A DNA stretch of 64,000 nucleotides from Lingula anatina (taxonomy: Eukaryota; Animalia; Brachiopoda). A program made the position numbers and the translations under genes. The DNA is taken from the NCBI GenBank assembly GCA_051362555.1, contig CM120643.1:18976848-19040847 (forward strand). Direction: 5' to 3'. Positions 35,664-49,645 of the stretch are shown in pieces. How positions within the stretch are numbered: position 1 is the stretch's first letter; every line of letters begins with the position of its first letter. Under the pieces are notes generated by a model. That model saw only the letters and a list, made by a program, of their open reading frames with translations. It had not been told where the DNA came from and did no database searches.

Positions 35664-37610
35664 CGTGGCCACAGTGAAAGTTTGTTAAGTTTTTGGGTCG
35701 CTTTTAAATCACTTTTGGAAAATGATAACTAAGTGCCCGATTTGAATAAGTTTATGGAAATTGTTAGATATCCAGTCAGGGTAGTAATAAATCCGTATTG
35801 CGTATAATCTTCATTTTCTATATGATATCGTGCATTCCGATATAGATGAAATTAAGAAAACTTAAATATATGTTTGGTTGGTGCTTAAGTAGTTGTATTA
35901 TTGGGGGGGGGGGGGGGGGGCATGTACACTTGTTTAAGTAAGATGTTAAAGGCTTAGTTCGCGAAACACCCTTTTTGCCAATAGAGTCTGTATACTGTAC
36001 ATGTACAAGTGCCCCTTGAGCAATTGAGCAAATGGCCTAAAAGCTGATGTCACTGATACAGCTTGTATACCCAAATCACACGTGCCGCCTTCCCATGAGG
36101 TGAATTAGTGTGCAGGGCACCGAATGTTCACAACTCAGGCATGAGGGGGGGGGGGGGAGGAGAGGGACGGGAAGTCAGATTTGACGAAGTTTTTGACTAT
36201 GCATACACATACTTAGTACATGCAAATGCTGAATTTCAGAAGTGATTACTTTCACTTGCGCTTATTAAATGTATCGAGTTTTGTTCAAAGCAATTGTTTT
36301 ACATCATTCTAAAATATCGTATGGATTGTCGAAAAATGCTTCTACACTCCCAACTGGTCAGACTGGACATTAATCCCATTGACTCATTTGTCCCTTATCT
36401 TAACGAGCGGTCGAGGAGAACTGTTAAGGAGCTACCAAGGCTTAACCGTATCGTCGAGCAAAACTTGGTGTTTTTTACGCGTTTGAAAATATTCAAAAGC
36501 CTTATTTCCATACTGAATAACTTCTTATCTTTCTCAGTTCAGACCTTAAAAAGCGACAAAAAATTTCTTTAATAAAAGTTAACTTGAAACATGTCTGAAG
36601 TTCATATTTCTGCTTTTACCTTTCAACCCGTTAAAGTCCAAGTTTTCAGATAGAAGTGAAAACTGTCCGCATTACGCACGATACCAGGCCACGATGCAAA
36701 AACCCGCGGCCGCCACTCCCGACTCTACGCAGTACCTGTGAAAATTAAGAGAGACGAATGACATTCCAAATGCCTGGTGTAACATTTATATGTTTTTATT
36801 AATAATCATTTGTTTGAAAAAGGCTCCAAACCGCAAGTTCTGGCCTTCGCTATTTTAGAAATTTATGGAATTTTTTCTGTCTAATATCTGTATCTTGCAA
36901 GTATAACCAACCCTTTCTCGGTATTTATTAAGCATGCAAACATCTTCATAAAAAAATTACCAACATTTGCCACGATTTTTCTTAAAAGCCTTATCTCCAA
37001 TTTTATCGTTGCTTTAGCAAAATAACACATTTGTTTAAAGAAAGAGGACATATCAAGTGTACAGGTACATCAAACGCAGATCAACGAGACTAAACGCCTG
37101 TCGTATTTAGTTTGCATAAGTGATCGTGCAGATGGTATCAACGTTGTCATACGCTAATGACGACGATGGTGGTCTTAGGGTGCCCTCGAGTGCGAAAGAG
37201 TGCAAGTTACATTTGCACTGGCATATCCAGGATTTTGCAAAAAAAAAAAAAAAAGGGATTTACCGAGTAAATGGTTACGTATAAAAATAGACACATGCCG
37301 ATCGAAGCGGTAGACAAGGGCATTGTTGACGGAATGACCAGGACACAAAGATAGGACGATTTTGATTTTGTCTCTTTTCTTTCTATGTAATTTTCTTTCC
37401 TTTCATTTATTTGCTAATTTATTTATTTATTGGGGAGGGAAGAGGTAGAAAAGACAGCAGAGCCGACCAGCCGGATAATATTACATGCTAGGAAAGGATG
37501 ATGTCTACATGAAGCCCTTTTTTTAAACTCTTTTAAGACCCCATTACCACAGATTTTAGATTGATCTATCCCTTTGGGGAGTCTCACTAGATTACTGTCA
37601 GCTTAGCCGG

Positions 37611-40510
37611 TGTAACGTGCCGTAGAGTCCGGCCCTTTCAGAGTCCGGCGGACCCTATGTTTTAAAACTGAGAGTCCGGCAGACACTCAGTTTTAAAACG
37701 TAGGGTCCCGGGGGACTTCCTATATTAAAACGTGCAGTCCGCAGACTTCTTTCAGATTTAAAATGAACAGTCCGCTTTGAATCGCAGGGTCCCCCTTACT
37801 GTTGCACTTTAGGCAAAAGAAAGTCGAGTTTAATTCGTACCCATAAGGCAATATTCCTTATTTTTTTGCAATATGTATGCTTTATGCATTTCATTGAAGT
37901 AATAGTTCTATTGATGCAATATGATTGTAACTAATTATCAATAATAATATATAATTTATTGAATTAAAAACGACAAGAATACAGAAAACATGTTTTAACT
38001 GGGAGTTTATTGTTTACAATCTTCTTTGATGTTCAAAATACTCAATTATGTAATTATTTTTAAAATATTTAAGTGGTTTCAGCTTCGCCTTCAGCTCTGA
38101 AATACAGAAAAGTCAACGTGCTGTAAATGCTGACTAAATTGATCATGAAAACCATGGACATAATAAGAGTATTAAGAGTATTATGTCCATGTGAAAACAC
38201 AATGACAATAAATATAAAATTGATGTTTTAATAGCTAACATTGTTTTTATAGAATAGATAAAAGATGCCATTTACATTTTATATTTAAAAAAAAAAAGAA
38301 AAATCACCTATTTTCTCTGTACTGCTGACCAGCACCCACAGTCAAGGGAAAAAGTTTAAGAGACTTTTTCCCTTGTAAATTTTCCAGAATATACGTGCCG
38401 TTTGGCTTCTTCGCCACTATTGTGTATGGCCCCATGTACCTTGGGGCAGCTTTGCCCCCCTTTCTATCTTCCCTTCTAAGGTTTACCTTTAACACTTTAA
38501 TTCAAATCTTAAAGTCCTTCGTGAAGGATATGAAAAATGGTATGTATTATCGATGGTTAAAACTAATCTATGCCACACACCAGTAACAATACGTACTATA
38601 AAGGAAATTACACAATGTCAATGTATTTGATAAAGATATAGATTTCCCGTGAAAATAATAAAATACTTAAGTTTTAGTCCTAAATGTATCATTAGCAAGA
38701 AATTAATCCCTACCTCACTCTGGTGTCTCAAGTCGTAATATATATATTCTTTTGCTTTTCTTGGACAGTACGGATACAACACTGAACAGATGTACTTGTT
38801 TACATTGTACGATTTCTCCATTGCCACAAGGTCAATGCCAACCTGTAATAGATTTGATAATAACATAAATATAAAGTAATATCTGTGATAAGGAAAAATG
38901 CATTGCTGGTGTGTTGAATTTTGGCCTGTCATATAAAATAACTGATAAATAACCATTTCATAATCTTTATTAAGCGTTTTTTTCTATATTTTCCATGTGT
39001 AATTATTAAAAAGGGGTAACTACCTGGCTCCATGGCTTACAAATAGACACTGGTACTGGGTGGAGAGGAGGTGTGGTGTTCTTAGCTTTTGGATTTTGCA
39101 TTTGACATCTATGGCACCTAGCTATGTATTTTTTTACATCATCTGACATGCAATGTAAAAAGAAATGTTGCTGCACTTTGAGGAGAGTCTTTGTGACTCC
39201 CATGTGACCACGTACATTACAACATTAAAAGAGACATGAAAGAAAATGCAAAATACTAAAAGCATATAATGCCAACCGAATAATTTTAAAATATGATAAG
39301 TTTGCAAATAAGATGCGCCCTTACTTTCGTCATGTAATTGCTTTATTATTGTGTGCTTCTCCTCAGAATTTTCCACAACTTTCCGCCACTTTCCGTTAGT
39401 GACCGTTGGTCCTCCATCCTCGACATTCTTGATTTTCTGCTCAGTTCTGTACAATAGGATTCCATCTTGTAGCTAGAAAAAGGGGAATTAAGAAATACAC
39501 TATGCGTGCTCCATTAAATAGAGACGAAAAGGTTGATACGAAATAAAAGAAATGCTTGTGCTATCATGCAGTTACAGTGTCTTAATATACACCCAATGAA
39601 CACTTTTGTACAATGCTTCTTGCATAATGTAAGTATATGACAACCTGCAAATGAACAGTCTGAAACAGTGTTAAATACGCACCTAGTATTTTGTTTACCT
39701 TGTAATAATTTTAGCGGTGCGTCTCAAACATCTTTTAGCGTTCAACGTTGCGCCAGCTTGGTACTTCCCCTCTAATAAATACAACCGCACCGCGTAAGAT
39801 CCATCGTGAGTTGACTGCGAGTAAGATGAACCCTCCATAAATATATAGGTCTCGTGTGTGAAGAGTGAAAATTCCCCATGGCGTACCCATTAAAACCCAT
39901 TTATGTGGGTTTAGCTTTTACATTGGTTTATCTAGTGAATGCAGTATTATACACCAAGCGTAAAATGAGCTTGCCCATCAAAGTGTATTCACTAAATATC
40001 ATGATAAAATAAAAAATAACATTGGGATATCGATAAAAAGGACCAATTTTAGTTAAAGAATTTGTTTATAGAAGACTAAAGGGGCTTCTGTGTGATACGA
40101 ACCTGTTTACTCACCATATCCATATCAGCTGCTGGACAGCCTCTATTCCATCCTTGCATCTCTGCCACTGTACCACGAATTGGAAGCTGTGCCGAAAATC
40201 CGAAACACCTTAACTCTTATTGTCAACGCCTTTTCGTGTTCATTAGTAATACAATATGAATATCGATGACTATGTTTATGAACACTTAATACATTTATAA
40301 ATATTTAAATTAGAGGACAAGCACGGACTCTGAGTTTTGCTATAGTTATAACGTGACAGAAAGTCCGTGTAATAGAGAGTCCGGGGGACCCTCTATTACA
40401 CGGACTCTTTGTCACACTAGAGGGACCCTAAATTTTAATAAGTACTCCCTGTTTCAGAAACCAGGGGTCCGTAGGACTCTATGTTTCGACGGACTCTGTG
40501 TCACGTTACA
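37611..40510 (-). mobile_element. Ginger1-type transposon, internally deleted
   Basis: CCGG|TGTAACGTG ... CACGTTACA|CCGG, with an empty site TTAGCCGGCT at 15081-15090. Subterminal GAGTCC/GGACTC motifs. Intron-split Gypsy-like integrase remnants. Confidence 0.88.
38304..39838 (-). pseudogene. Ginger1 transposase remnant
   Basis: N-terminal MEGSS..YLLEGKY..AKRCLRRTAKNY, H2C2-type region (LH..GVTKT..VKKYIARCHRCQ), PLHPVPV..PWSQV/GIDL with the first catalytic Asp, and C-terminal RKGGK..PRYMGPYTI (GPY/F). Most of the DDE core is missing. Confidence 0.8.
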
Positions 40511-40519
40511 CCGGCTTAA

Positions 40520-41208
40520 ACCCCCCGTCACACTTATTCGGAATCAGCAGGAATCAAGCAGAACCAGCCGGAATGACTAAATTTAAAAATTCCTACAACA
40601 CTGATCGGGAAGAGATTTCAAATTGACCTAAATTCTTGTAAGAATGCCGTTGGAATACTCAGAATGCACTTGAATCCGCCTGGAATGATTCGTGCACATT
40701 TTGGCTGAATTAGCTCTCAAATGCAGCTCGAATGTAGTTGGAAAACTAAGAATATCAATAATGCTGTCAGAATGAGGTCAGAATATTTAGAATACACTTC
40801 GAATGCCGCACAAGTGTTGTTTGATTACTGGCTGAAATAGGATCGAGATGCGTTCGACTTGCATTCCGGCTCTTTCTAGCAGGATTTGAAGTGTCTTGCC
40901 ATTTCGGTTCTCCCTGGAATGTGATCAGAATGTTTCGAATGCTGTCGGAATGCCGTGAGAATGTATAGAATGCAGCCATAGTACGGTTTGAATACTATTC
41001 AAATGCCATATTCGGTAATTTTCCACTTGGAATGCACTTCGAAATTTTTTAACATGAGCAAAACATTCGGGGCGGCCACAAGAATGGGTAAAAATATTTG
41101 GAATGTACTCGGAATTTTTAGAATGCTCTTCGAATATCCAGGAACGCACAAAGAATTGTTTTTCCGACGGCATTCTTGCTCATTCCGCCTCTAGTTGATG
41201 GGGGTATT
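40520..41208. mobile_element. Second copy of the GAAT-rich Harbinger-like element
   Basis: Collinear and highly similar to 15093-15777. Confidence 0.55.
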
Positions 41209-41656
41209 AAGATTCCACGGTTCGTGTCAGATTTACATAGGGTCACGCAAAAAATTAATCCACATTATGACCAGTTAAACGATTTATTCGTCGATGCTGG
41301 GTAGCTACTAATTCTAAGGAAAGTCTCCAACTCCTAACTTTCCGAAATCACGTCTGCTCCGTGCTCCATCTCTCCCAGTCCCCTCCTCTACTCTCTCCTC
41401 CTCTCTCTCCTTTTCTTTCCCCCAAGGTATCGATTCTCATCGCTTATATACTAATTTCTTATCTCACGTGGACCCAAACTTAAATTGCCTATAATTGTAT
41501 AATTAATTTCTTTTCCTCGGCGTTATACAAATAGGTTGTCACATTACTCGAGAACTATTGGACCACAACACGTTACGTCATATGACCTCATGAGATATCT
41601 TTTTGGTCTTTATGTCGGACACGACATCATATCATTTTGGTAAGTATGTTTAAAGT

Positions 41657-41991
41657 ATGAGGACTTCGTACATTCGTACGTGCTTTATAGGCGCCTTAGT
41701 TTCGGTTCTTTCACCGCTACACACAGCGTCTGGGGATGACTCTCAACTGCGTCTAGAACTATCTGATCTGCTAGCCCGTAATGCGCTGGCGATGGACAGA
41801 TTGAGAGCCGAGTGTAAAGGATATGAAAATTTTGGGTTCCCCCCTGTTTCTTCATCTAATGTGGTTGTTGGTAGACGACAGACCACCGGCGTGGATATAC
41901 AGTTGTTAGTGGACATTGGGTATCAGAAGGCAGTAAAGGAACACCTGCTTAAGGTATGCGTGTGCTTCCATTTTTCACTGTATTCATTACA

Positions 41992-42031
<40 letters not shown>

Positions 42032-44594
42032 CTGAATAAAAACCGCTTCGAACCTACACTGAGAATAAAATTGGAGTCATTTGGCTCTCTAGTCACAGTC
42101 CAGCACCCTTTGAACCTCATGGAGTTAATTTGGCTCCTATAGGCTATTAGTGTCAAATTACCCCAGGACCAGAGTCTTTAGACTCTCTTATCCGAGTCAA
42201 TCCCCCCTTGGCTCTCATGGAGTCAATCTGACTCTAAAATCAGAGTCAAATTCTTGGGGCCAGAGTCTGGCTGACCCCTTTCATTGACTCTTTTCGCGCT
42301 CTGTTCAGTAAGCCTCTTTCAGTGTGACGGTGATCAGCAGACGGCGTGGACAGAACAGTTTTCACCGCCATTGGTCAAAAGGTTTTGTTTCCAGGTTGTA
42401 GGTTTGACCCGCCAATGCCAATGCATGTCACAGGGTAGGTACGGTGGATGCTCACAGTGACATATTTGCTATGTCATGCTATTTATTTCCAGTTTTACAT
42501 GTTATTTGTTATTGCTGTTTCAACATCATATGCGTTCATTCTTTGTATAAGTATAATATGTAAAAATCACATGTAGGTCATTTTGAATTTTAGCGAAAAC
42601 TGGTAACTAAATGATAATGCATCAGTTTAGTGGTTACGGGTTCACAGCGTTTTGGTTTTGTTCTGTATTTCATCAGATTTTTTCTCTTTAATATATTTTA
42701 GATACGGTCTGGTGTGTAGGCTATTTGTACATCAGTTGAAAGAGCATTACCATCTTCTGGTTAAGGAGGAATCAGTATTTGAGGAAGAACCAGTGGCATC
42801 TCCGGTTATTACATATTCTGGGAACTTCATGGAGGGCACCTACTCTGTAAGGGCTGAACATGTGGTCATTAGGAGTTCTAAGTCTTTTATTGAAATTGCA
42901 GGCCTATTATTGGCGACATATTTCGTTTTTAATCTAGTTAATCCTACAAACATGAGTGCAACACTGATATTCATCCAAAAAGTTATTGTTGACTACCAAG
43001 ACAAGGTGAAGGTAGTGCCGAAATTGCACCTTTTACTTACTGGAGTACATGGCCTTAAAATAACAACAGTTTTGGGGGAAATTTCATACACTATTGACTA
43101 AGCTGTATGTTTATATGACATTCCCCCCCCCAAGGTCAAAATTAGTGTTTTGATGACAATTTTTTTCAACAGTTGTAGATGGCTAATTTCATACTTTTAA
43201 TTGATTCAAATTGTGTAAAAATTGTCTAAAAAAGTTTGGGTATGTTTGCTTTTATTAGCCACAGGGCATTTGAATTACAATTGAATTACAATTTAATGTT
43301 TGAAACAATATTTTAACAAAGGCATTTTGTATATGTTAAGTTTACTCCCACCCCTTTATATTGCATGCTATGCTGTCATGGTTTTGTAAAATTTGCAACA
43401 TTGTATGACTTATTTTGGTATACGAAGATGGGGACCACCAGATTGTCCATATTTCATATTTGTGTGTGTCCCAGCAAATATCACGCCATAGACAAATAGC
43501 ATAGTACTAGTAATTTTACTGTAAGTAGTACGGCATTATGACACCCCTAGCCTTGTAATAAGTATACAGAATAATGATAATTAGGAACTGAGGTGCTGTC
43601 AGCCAGGCAATTTGCTTTGCCACAGTGGGTGTTAATAGGCATCGGTTTTTATTATTAAAACGTGTTTTCTTGTTTGTATTTATCTTTATGTTTCAGTGAT
43701 TAAAGCTTTTTCCTTAAAGTAAATTATTTTGTTGTTTTCATAATGTGCCAAGGAGTCAAAAATCCTTAATATGGGGTCATGGTGACTCTTTTGTAGAGAT
43801 AAATGAAGGGATGTATGAACGGAGTCAATTGTGATCCTCTTGTGGGGTCTGGGATGGCGTGACTCCATCGGAGTCAGCTTGACTCCATTTGGGAGTTATT
43901 TTAGGCACCACTGTTAGACTCCAAGTTTTGAGTCACTTGGACTCCGATTTTATTCTCAGTGTACCTTTGTCGGCATCCTTCTGACGGTTTCGTTTAGATG
44001 TCATCTACCGGTGGAGTTGTTCACAACTGTGAATATGTTTTCAGTATAAGTAATGACAGATCAAATGAAGCTGTTTTCCCGTGGTACATCTGTTGTTGAC
44101 TGAGGAAGTAGCCCACGTAATACATGTATGTTAAGCGTACACTACGGTAGCCTTAGGTAGAGAAATATTGCTGAAGGTTAGGTTATAAATAACTGGGAAT
44201 TTTCAGTGTAACTATGTGCGAATACAATGAAAAAAATAGTATTTTAATAGAGGAAATAGTATACTCTACATATTTAGGCGTTTTTCTGAAATCGAAAAAG
44301 ATACTTATTTTAGGTACTGAATCCAATGTCTATACTCCATTCGTCTGTTTTTATTCACGACAGCTTTATGGCAACTGTACTAGACATACTACGACCACAA
44401 AACCATCTGCTACTACATCGGTGATTACAACGACAACAACATCTTCAACGACGTCTACGACAACTGCTCGTCCAGTGCAATCCTGTAGGGACAAAACGGA
44501 TTGTTCTAGATACGCAAATGATGTCTGCATCCAATTCCCAGAGTGGAGCGCAGATAACTGCAAATTCTTCTGTGGATTTTGCAGTAGGTTTTGA
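41657..44594 (+). CDS. Family A copy 4, short ShKT form or 5' half of an A-B fusion; exons 41657-41953 and 44364-44583/44594
   Basis: Intact 297-nt and 220-nt exons; ShKT CRDKTDCSRYANDVCIQFPEWSADNCKFFCGFC; read-through stop at 44592-44594. Confidence 0.7.
42057..43961 (+). mobile_element. EnSpm-like element in intron 1 of A copy 4, co-duplicated with 16606-18496
   Basis: Same TIRs, TA TSD, insertion position and residual ORF (42702-43101). Confidence 0.8.
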
Positions 44595-46089
44595 ATAGTT
44601 GAAATATATTTTAATGAAATATATAATACCCAAAATGTTTCAAAGTTATATTATTAAAGGCATATCGTGCAGATAAGATCTTTAAGCAGCGAGTAACGAA
44701 AAGAACGTTAACGGCTGATCGAGTGACCTATTCAGTTTATCCCTTCGCATGTCGAATTTATTTGACTTGTATAAGAAACTAGAAGAAGTGGTTTTTATGT
44801 GTTAATGGGAACCCACACCCCACCGATGCTCGGTTCGTGTGTACCTTTAAAGGCTTAGTCCGCAAATCACCGACTGTGCCTGTATACAATTGTGAATCGG
44901 GGTTCCCCCTTCCTCCCCTTCGTTCACCTCTCAAAACGAGAGTCGATCAAGACAAATCAAAATCAAACATTGTACCATTCCTGCTTCCTACATGTCATGG
45001 TAAACTTATCTTCTTTAATTAATGACTATAGTGATATAAATAATTTACTTTGGAACAAAATGCAGTAATTTGTGCTCCAAAGTAAGTAATTTCTAGCACT
45101 AATTATTAGTTACTCCAGTTGCCAGAAACCATGGACAATCTTATTGATAATCTGTCTTCTACCGGTACTGTTTTATATTTGTGGAAAGAAGGGAAGTACA
45201 CTGTAGTTATTTGATCACCGTGCCCCACCCTTAGGAGAATCCTGGATCTTTTGGCTTCATATTATAAAACACGTGCTCTCCCTTATACACCGAGGATGAC
45301 AATATCTGGGCAAGAAGTAGGGGTCAATTAGTACAAATATTTATCAAGGTGGCAATGTAAGACTAGTAAAACATACAGGACACTACTGGTGTGTCCCTTG
45401 TGCAGGTAGAGCATATGGCCTAAAGCCGATATCACCGATACACTTTGTACACTCAAGACGCACGTGTCACCTTCCCATGAGGTATTTCAGTGTTACCTGG
45501 CACAACTCAGGCATGGGAATGGGTGTCGGGTATTTAAATTGAACAAATTTTAGTCTACATGTACGTCTATTTACACATACTGCAACTGCTAATTTCACAA
45601 GTGATTCAGTGATATATTAAATGTGTCGAATTTAGTTGAAAGCAATTGTTGTACATTCATTCTAGGATATCGTGTGGAACGTCGAAACACGTTTCTACAC
45701 TGTACCTGTACACTCTTAACGGATCAGACTGGGCATTATTCCCGTTGACACACCTGTCCGTTTTCTTTAACTGAGCGGCCGAGAAGAAGCGTTAGGGAAC
45801 TGCCAGGGCTAGACCGCATTGTCGAGAAAATTATTCCAATGTCATATTTTTATACTGAATAACTTCTTATCTTTTTCAATTTAGACCTTAAAAACGATAA
45901 AAAATTATTTAATAAAAGTAAACTTACAACGTGTCTGAAGTTAATATTTCTGCTTTTACCTTAAAATTCGCAAGGGACAAGACTTCACTTGGGAAATTAA
46001 AACCGGCTGCATATACCATGCCAAACCCCGATGCCGCCATTCCCGATTAAACACAGTAAATACTTGTGAAATTTCAGGAGGAAAATTTC

Positions 46090-47337
46090 AGGACAAATTT
46101 TAAAATCTGTTTTCCACCAAGTTGTTCCTTCATCAGTGCCTGTTTTTATATTTGAGGATATTTCTGGGGAAACTTAAAACTAAACATTTGACATTTTAAC
46201 CGGTGAAATCTAGTTAACATTGACAATGACAGTGGAGTGGAATATTTTTTTCCTCTGTGACTCTGTCTGTAAAAACCAAGTGAAGACACCGAGCGTTTAA
46301 CCATATTCCACTTTCGTGCCGTAATTTTGGCCAAACCTGAAGTTAACAAACTCAAATGGTCAACATTATATAAAATACCTATATGCAGTGTAATTTTTTT
46401 CTCAGCAATAAAAACATTTTAGGCATTACTTAGTATACTGGTTTCGCCTACTGCATTCTGGTTACACTTGTAATCACGGAATTTTGGAAAACGGGAGTAT
46501 AACATAAGACATTCAGATATATATCTTTATACCTAATGCCATAATCTAATATCCAAAATGAAAAATAAATCGTGCAGCAAAGCACTGTACTTGCTAGATG
46601 TACAGGTATTGTAACATATACTGGCACCTTCGTCATACAAAATGTAATTAACTGATATTGCTTACAATGTTTCAAGCACTGTATTTTAGAAATTGTTCAA
46701 TACGTTTACTCTATTATTATTTTCTAAAGGGGGGTCGTCCACGTGCGCCGACAAACTCTCCAACTGCGCCGCCTATGGTGACGATGCCTGCACTGGGGTT
46801 TATGAAGCCTGGGCAAAAGAAAACTGCGCCAAGACATGTAACTTCTGTGGTATGAAAACAATTAATCGTATATAGTATCGGTTTTTTATTTTTTTATTTA
46901 TTTATTTTTTTTGCTAGAAACCATATTGTGCTTTTTTGTTTATTCAGTGTCATGAACTTAAGATACAAAGAAAAACCTCATCTTAAATTGACAAAATAAT
47001 TTCAAGCTGTTTGTATATAGTACTTCTTAATGCTTCGTAAATGATTTTCTGAGTAGCAAAAGATTCAGAATATTCAGAAGAAACTTAGTAAAATCACAAT
47101 GGCATAGAATGTTTGAAATTCTGAGACAGCTAGCTAGTCTTCTAATTTCATCGTTTTGGTTTCAGGAGGTGTTCCAGTGCCTCCTATGCCGACTCCGCCT
47201 CTGCCAGGTGGTGAGTATTGTTATACCGTATGTTTATGTGAAACGTCTTTAAACATGTGTAACATTAACATGTAAATTAATGGAAATTTAACTTATGTTA
47301 GGTTAACTCTTTATACAGCATTCATGTAAAATATACA

Positions 47338-47399
<62 letters not shown>

Positions 47400-48198
47400 A
47401 TTCTGTTATACGTTCACAGACTGGAATTCTAATTAATTATTACTGCTTTACTGCTGTTTAGTTTCTCGCATGTGCTGTGATATAACATTCATGTCTCCTC
47501 ATTAACCCAAGCGAAAGTATAAGTACCGGTAAAGGACAAATATGGTGTTCGAAATGTGGCCGGTAGCGGCCGCTTTATTTGAAAGGTCCCTCTAGTAAAA
47601 GAATAGTGTTAGTTATTATATGACAATATTGAATTTTATTAAAATTACGTAAAGTTATAGCATAAAAACAAATATCCAAACAAAAAATGCACGTATATTC
47701 ATTTGTGGGGTTGCAAAGCGCGTACCTAAAAGAGAGTCCCGGATTCAGTGCTGCAAAGTTCCACGAAATTGCCTTAATGATCTCACAAGTTTACAAGGCT
47801 GACTTCCATATAAAATACTGCTAAAGGCGCATCACGTTAAAGATGCAGATAAAGAGAGTACTTATATCTAACAATTGCCACTAAACCAGCCATTACTTTA
47901 AAAGAGCACAGAATTTTGTTACGTTATTTCCCCAAAAATGATATTTGCTCAGATATTATATGTGCTTTACGGACAGGAAGGGAAATAAGTAGGCCAAATT
48001 TACGATCAGAAATTTGAAAAAGATGCAGTTTTGAAGCGTTTTTTACTGCTTCTCTAGAGGGTAATTTTGTTCGGTTGGTTTCTGGTATGTGGATAAAATT
48101 TGTGTCGTGTACGAAGCTGGTCTGATAATTTAAAAATGCTGCAAGACATTTACTCTTACTTCCTATGTATTATCTTTGAAATAACTATTGTTGTTGTC

Positions 48199-48229
<31 letters not shown>

Positions 48230-49608
48230 TTTTTCAAAGAGACCATACAATTTTGGAAACGCTTAAACCATGTGCCTTTTTCAAAATTTTGGATATTACT
48301 CTTTGCATTTACTAAAAAGCGCTGGTTAAATATTGGCCTAATTTATGCTTTCTGTCTGAAATAAAGCTTGCAAGGCACCGGTCTAAAGGAGTGGTGGCAG
48401 GAACGTATTTATGCACGCGAATGGTTGGCAAAACCGAATTGATGTTTATCACACTCGTTCAAAACTAGACCAAAATGGTCTAGCATTTACTAAAGGATTA
48501 CAAGATTTAAAAAAAGTAGGTCTACAAATCTATATCAATAGGAAGGTGAGACTAGGGTACAATTCGGAATTCACTGGACAACAGTATAACCCTATGATTT
48601 TATTTAAAAGATGAAATTCTTTATTAAGTTGTGCATTTTGTTTTAGGCCATGGTCTTTACATTAAACACTTTTAAAATCTGTTTTCCACCAAGTTGGTCC
48701 TTCTTCAGTGCCTGTTTTTATATTTGAAGATATTTTTGGAGAAAATTAAAACTAAACATTTGACATTTTTACCGGTGAAATCTAGTTAACATTGACAATG
48801 ACAGTGGAGTGGAATATTTTTTCCTCTGTCTGTATAACCCTCCGAGCGTTTAACCATATTCCACTTTCGTGCCGTAATTTTGGCCAAACCTGAAGTTATC
48901 AAACTCAAATGGTCAACATGCGTTCATTATATAAAATTACCTATTTGTAGTGTAATTTTTTCTCAGCAATAAAAACATTTTAGGCATTACTTAATATACT
49001 GGTTTCGCCTACTGCATTCTGGTTACTCTTGCAATCACGGAATTTTGGAAAACGGGAGTATAACATCAGACATTCAGATATATTTCTTTATACAAATTGC
49101 CATATTCTAATACCTTACCAGATTCAGTCGGTTGCAAGAAATTCGACACATGACATGAGTTGCATAATTATAAAATTGTATAAAATATCATGCAATTTGA
49201 TTTACATATTTTACTCCTGCTTACAGAGCATAAATGCACTTTGGTTCATATGTTATGGCATGTTTGCATCACTGATCAAACCAAAATGAAAAATCAATCG
49301 TGCAGCAAGGCACTGTACTTGCTAGACGTATAGGTTTTTTAACATATACTGGCACCTTCGTCATACAAAATGTCGTTAACTGATATTGCTTACAATGTTT
49401 CAAGCACTGAAACTGAGAAATTATTCAATACGTTTACTCTATTATTATCTCTTAAAGGTGGGCCGTCCACGTGCGCCGACAAACTCTCCAACTGCGCCGC
49501 CTATGGTGACGAGGCCTGCACTGGAGTTTATGAAGACTGGGCAAAAGAAAACTGCGCCAAGACATGTAACTTCTGTGGTAATGAAAACTATTAATCGTAT
49601 ATACTATC

Positions 49609-49645
<37 letters not shown>

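Noticed and set aside
37611-40510. Gypsy LTR retrotransposon interpretation of the integrase fragments
   Set aside because: No LTRs, RT or gag; inverted termini, introns and a CCGG TSD indicate Ginger1.
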